DNA from: Botryllus schlosseri | Taxonomy: Eukaryota | NCBI GenBank assembly: GCA_051294905.1 | Contig: JBPPKV010000017.1 | Span: 1,798,001 to 1,862,000, forward strand | Reading direction: 5' to 3' | Length of the DNA stretch: 64,000 nucleotides | Part shown: positions 61,352 to 64,000 of the stretch, piece after piece | Layout of the letters: each line of letters opens with the position of its first letter | How positions within the stretch are numbered: the stretch's first letter is position 1 | Translations under genes and position numbers: made by a program | The notes under the pieces: generated by a model | What the model was told of the DNA's origin: nothing | The model's input: the letters and a program-made list of their open reading frames with translations, nothing else | Databases searched by the model: none

Positions 61352-64000
61352 CTGTTGGTAAATAAGCAGGTTAAATTCGAACTAATGAAAATGTGAAGAC
61401 GCCTCACTGGTACTCAAAATTACTAATGTATGTGCAGTACTGGATGATAGGTACAATGATACGAGCAATCGGACCTGAATCAAGTAATGACTCTAATCAT
61501 TCAAGTCAAGTATAGTGTGATATGACTATTTCAAGTACGGTACTCAAGCTATATGCTCATTGCCAGCATGAGTTATTTGTAAACAAGCCTTGTCGAGCTG
61601 GATTGGTCGTATTGAAGCATATGAAACTAACGTTACTGCAACAGCGATATCTTTGAAGTCGCGACTGACTCAGTATTTTCACCAAGTGCAATTGAAGAGG
61701 CATGTTCGTTCAAGAGAATTACAGTTTCAATACTATTTTTGCCGTAGAAGCCCCGAAACCTCGATCTACCGTATCGCAACATGTATTACAAAACTTGGTA
61801 GAAATAAGATATCTGTTGTTATCGATCCAACGGATTTTCATAAGTTAAACGAAAAAAGACACCAAGTAATCTTTAATGTTATTTTTGGTCTTTGGTCTGA
61901 CCAGGCCAGGATCGAGCCCGTGACCTGCGATCAAGATGCCGTGATGCTATGATGCAATCAAGAACATCACAGTAACTATCAAATGACGACAAGTGACCGA
62001 AATTCTTTTTTAAATGTGCAACTAGGAATAGAGCTACTCACTTTTGAAAATCCATATCCACAATATTCACTTTTTGAAATCTGAAGTTCGAGCTATAATC
62101 GCTGAATTCGAGAAGCAGACGTGACTCGCGTTCGTGAGTTAAAATTTCTGCGAAGCCTCGTTTTTTCAAGCCTATTTATATACAAAGGCTCCCAGAGCGA
62201 CACCTACTGGAATTTGTTGAAGTTTTGTGCTTTTTTGTGATTTAAATTCACTTTAAAAAGGGCATAATTTTCATATCAAAGCAAACAATATATTCATACG
62301 CCCTATTTTATTCCACTCAATGCATTTCGAATAACTCTCATCAGGACCAAATGTTAGTAATCAGCTAGTCAACTTCGAAATATTGGAATTGTGTTGCGCC
62401 TGTGACGTAACAAAGACCGACACAGTTCCTCGAGCAACAATAACAATTCACACTTCCGGTATGCAGGATGTCTTACATCCGCTCTATCTCTTGGCGCGGT
62501 ATAACGTAGAGTTAAACACACCTGGCTATGAAATAGCCGAATAAGCACAGAACACGAAGAAAATATTCCAATGTTGCAGTTTAATAATTGTAGATTTGAT
62601 AATCTTTAAAGCTAGGGTTGCAATTCAATCAAATTGTGCTGTACTGACTGATTTCGAAAATATAAATTATATTTCGCTCATGGCCCCGGAACCGCTCAAT
62701 TAGCCAGATATCGGTTCGCGAAGGGATTTTCAACGGCCCGTAGACGCTTTCCGGTCTTACATGATAATGAGGTACGCGGGTCTACAGTTTACATACATTT
62801 GCGAGCAAATATTTTCGACCATGAACATTACCAAGACAAAGCTGCGTTACAATCTAATTTATTTTCACATGCAGGATTTAGTACGTCCTACGCGCAGGCA
62901 AACTTCAAAGAACTAGTTGAAAACTTTGATCGACCACAGATGTCTCTTCGACTTCAACAACTATCAAAGTATACATAACGTTAATAAATTCATTAACCAT
63001 TTATTCCTTGTATAGGTGGCATTGCCGTAGCCAGGAGGGGGCCAGAGGGGCCATGGCCTCTCCAAAATATTTGAAACTTTTTCTTAAATTAATATAAGGT
63101 GGAGTATGTTTTAGCAGATGTATTCAACTTGAAATTTTTCCACGCGCGTTGTGTGATAGGCTATATAATTTGATTGTTGGGTACTCGTCTCTCGATAAAT
63201 CAAAATAAATAATAGACCTAAATAAACATACGCCTGATGTGCAGAATTGAATGTGACTGTGTGCTGGCTGCGGTTGCGGAAGCATTAGGCGCCAACAAGA
63301 CACCTAATGCAGATAGGTTTAGTTAACACATGGCGATAGAATTACCTTGGTCGAAGATCGCGCGGACGGCCCAGTCTTTTCAACCTGAGTCCCATCGTAC
63401 CAATGCGACGAGCGGAGGCAATAAATATAGCGCTTGTGAATAAATGCAAATTCAGAATTGAGCGAATCCCACCAAGGACATTTCTCTTTTAAATGGTTGC
63501 GGTACGTGTGAGCGATCCTTTAAGTCAGTGGCTCTTGACCTTTTTCATAACGTTACCCCCAAGAAGATCATGACGGGATGCAATTACCCTTCTATGTACC
63601 GGAGGTTGTCTGGGCTCCTCACCGCCGATCCCGCTGTGCTAGCAGCGTATTGAAAAGCCCAGACACAGAGTATAAGCCACGCTCTTAAAAAAGTCGGCAG
63701 CCGTGACTTGAAAGACGAACGCATGAAAGAGGATATATGCCTTGTAACAGAGCCCTGTTGTCGTTCAACCATGAAATGTATATATCTCGTAACCGAGAGA
63801 CATCCTGTTCTAGAGTAATTTGCCTCTAGTATAAAACTACTGATTCTCTCGGATCAGGAGACTCATTTGCTAAACCTACTTGTAACAACGTCTGAAATAT
63901 ATTCGTATGTCTTGCGTATAACGGCGTCTTAAGAAGATCTCACCAGGAACAGTACAGGACTCCAGGTTAAGTAGTCAGCCAGCTAACCCTATAATACTTT

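Overview
AT-rich, repeat-dense eukaryotic (probably invertebrate animal) genomic DNA. I see no prokaryotic features, rRNA, true tRNA genes or CRISPR arrays, and most ORFs in the track are spurious or off-frame. 0-19 kb is mostly decayed transposons: nested hAT-type MITEs with 8-bp TSDs, an L1/Tx1-like LINE, two Gypsy remnants and a tRNA-derived SINE. The main structure is a minus-strand, intron-containing locus at about 24-61 kb. Six tandem units carry the same small exons (E 32 nt, D 84-93 nt, C 107-131 nt, B 144 nt, A 97-289 nt) with AG/GT splice sites and mutually compatible phases. All 16 A, B and C copies keep the frame despite many indels. They encode a disordered, basic K/S/T/P-rich protein with a KRPVSPSS motif and variable TPKxK/KPKS repeats. 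Further phase-compatible exons (31.1, 29.4, 29.2, 25.6 kb) run toward an intact terminal exon at 23994-24155 encoding a Mif2/CENP-C-type cupin (GSQFQVPRGNNYKIKNL). A broken inverted paralog lies at about 20-21.5 kb. Best hypothesis (inference, untested): a CENP-C-like gene or family whose central region was expanded by exon-cassette duplication. Other notable items are a Penelope-like element with minimal hammerhead ribozymes, a 69-nt Penelope tail inserted from the predicted cleavage site, two foldback elements, and two different hAT MITEs at the same nucleotide of paralogous units. All alignments and translations were done by eye.
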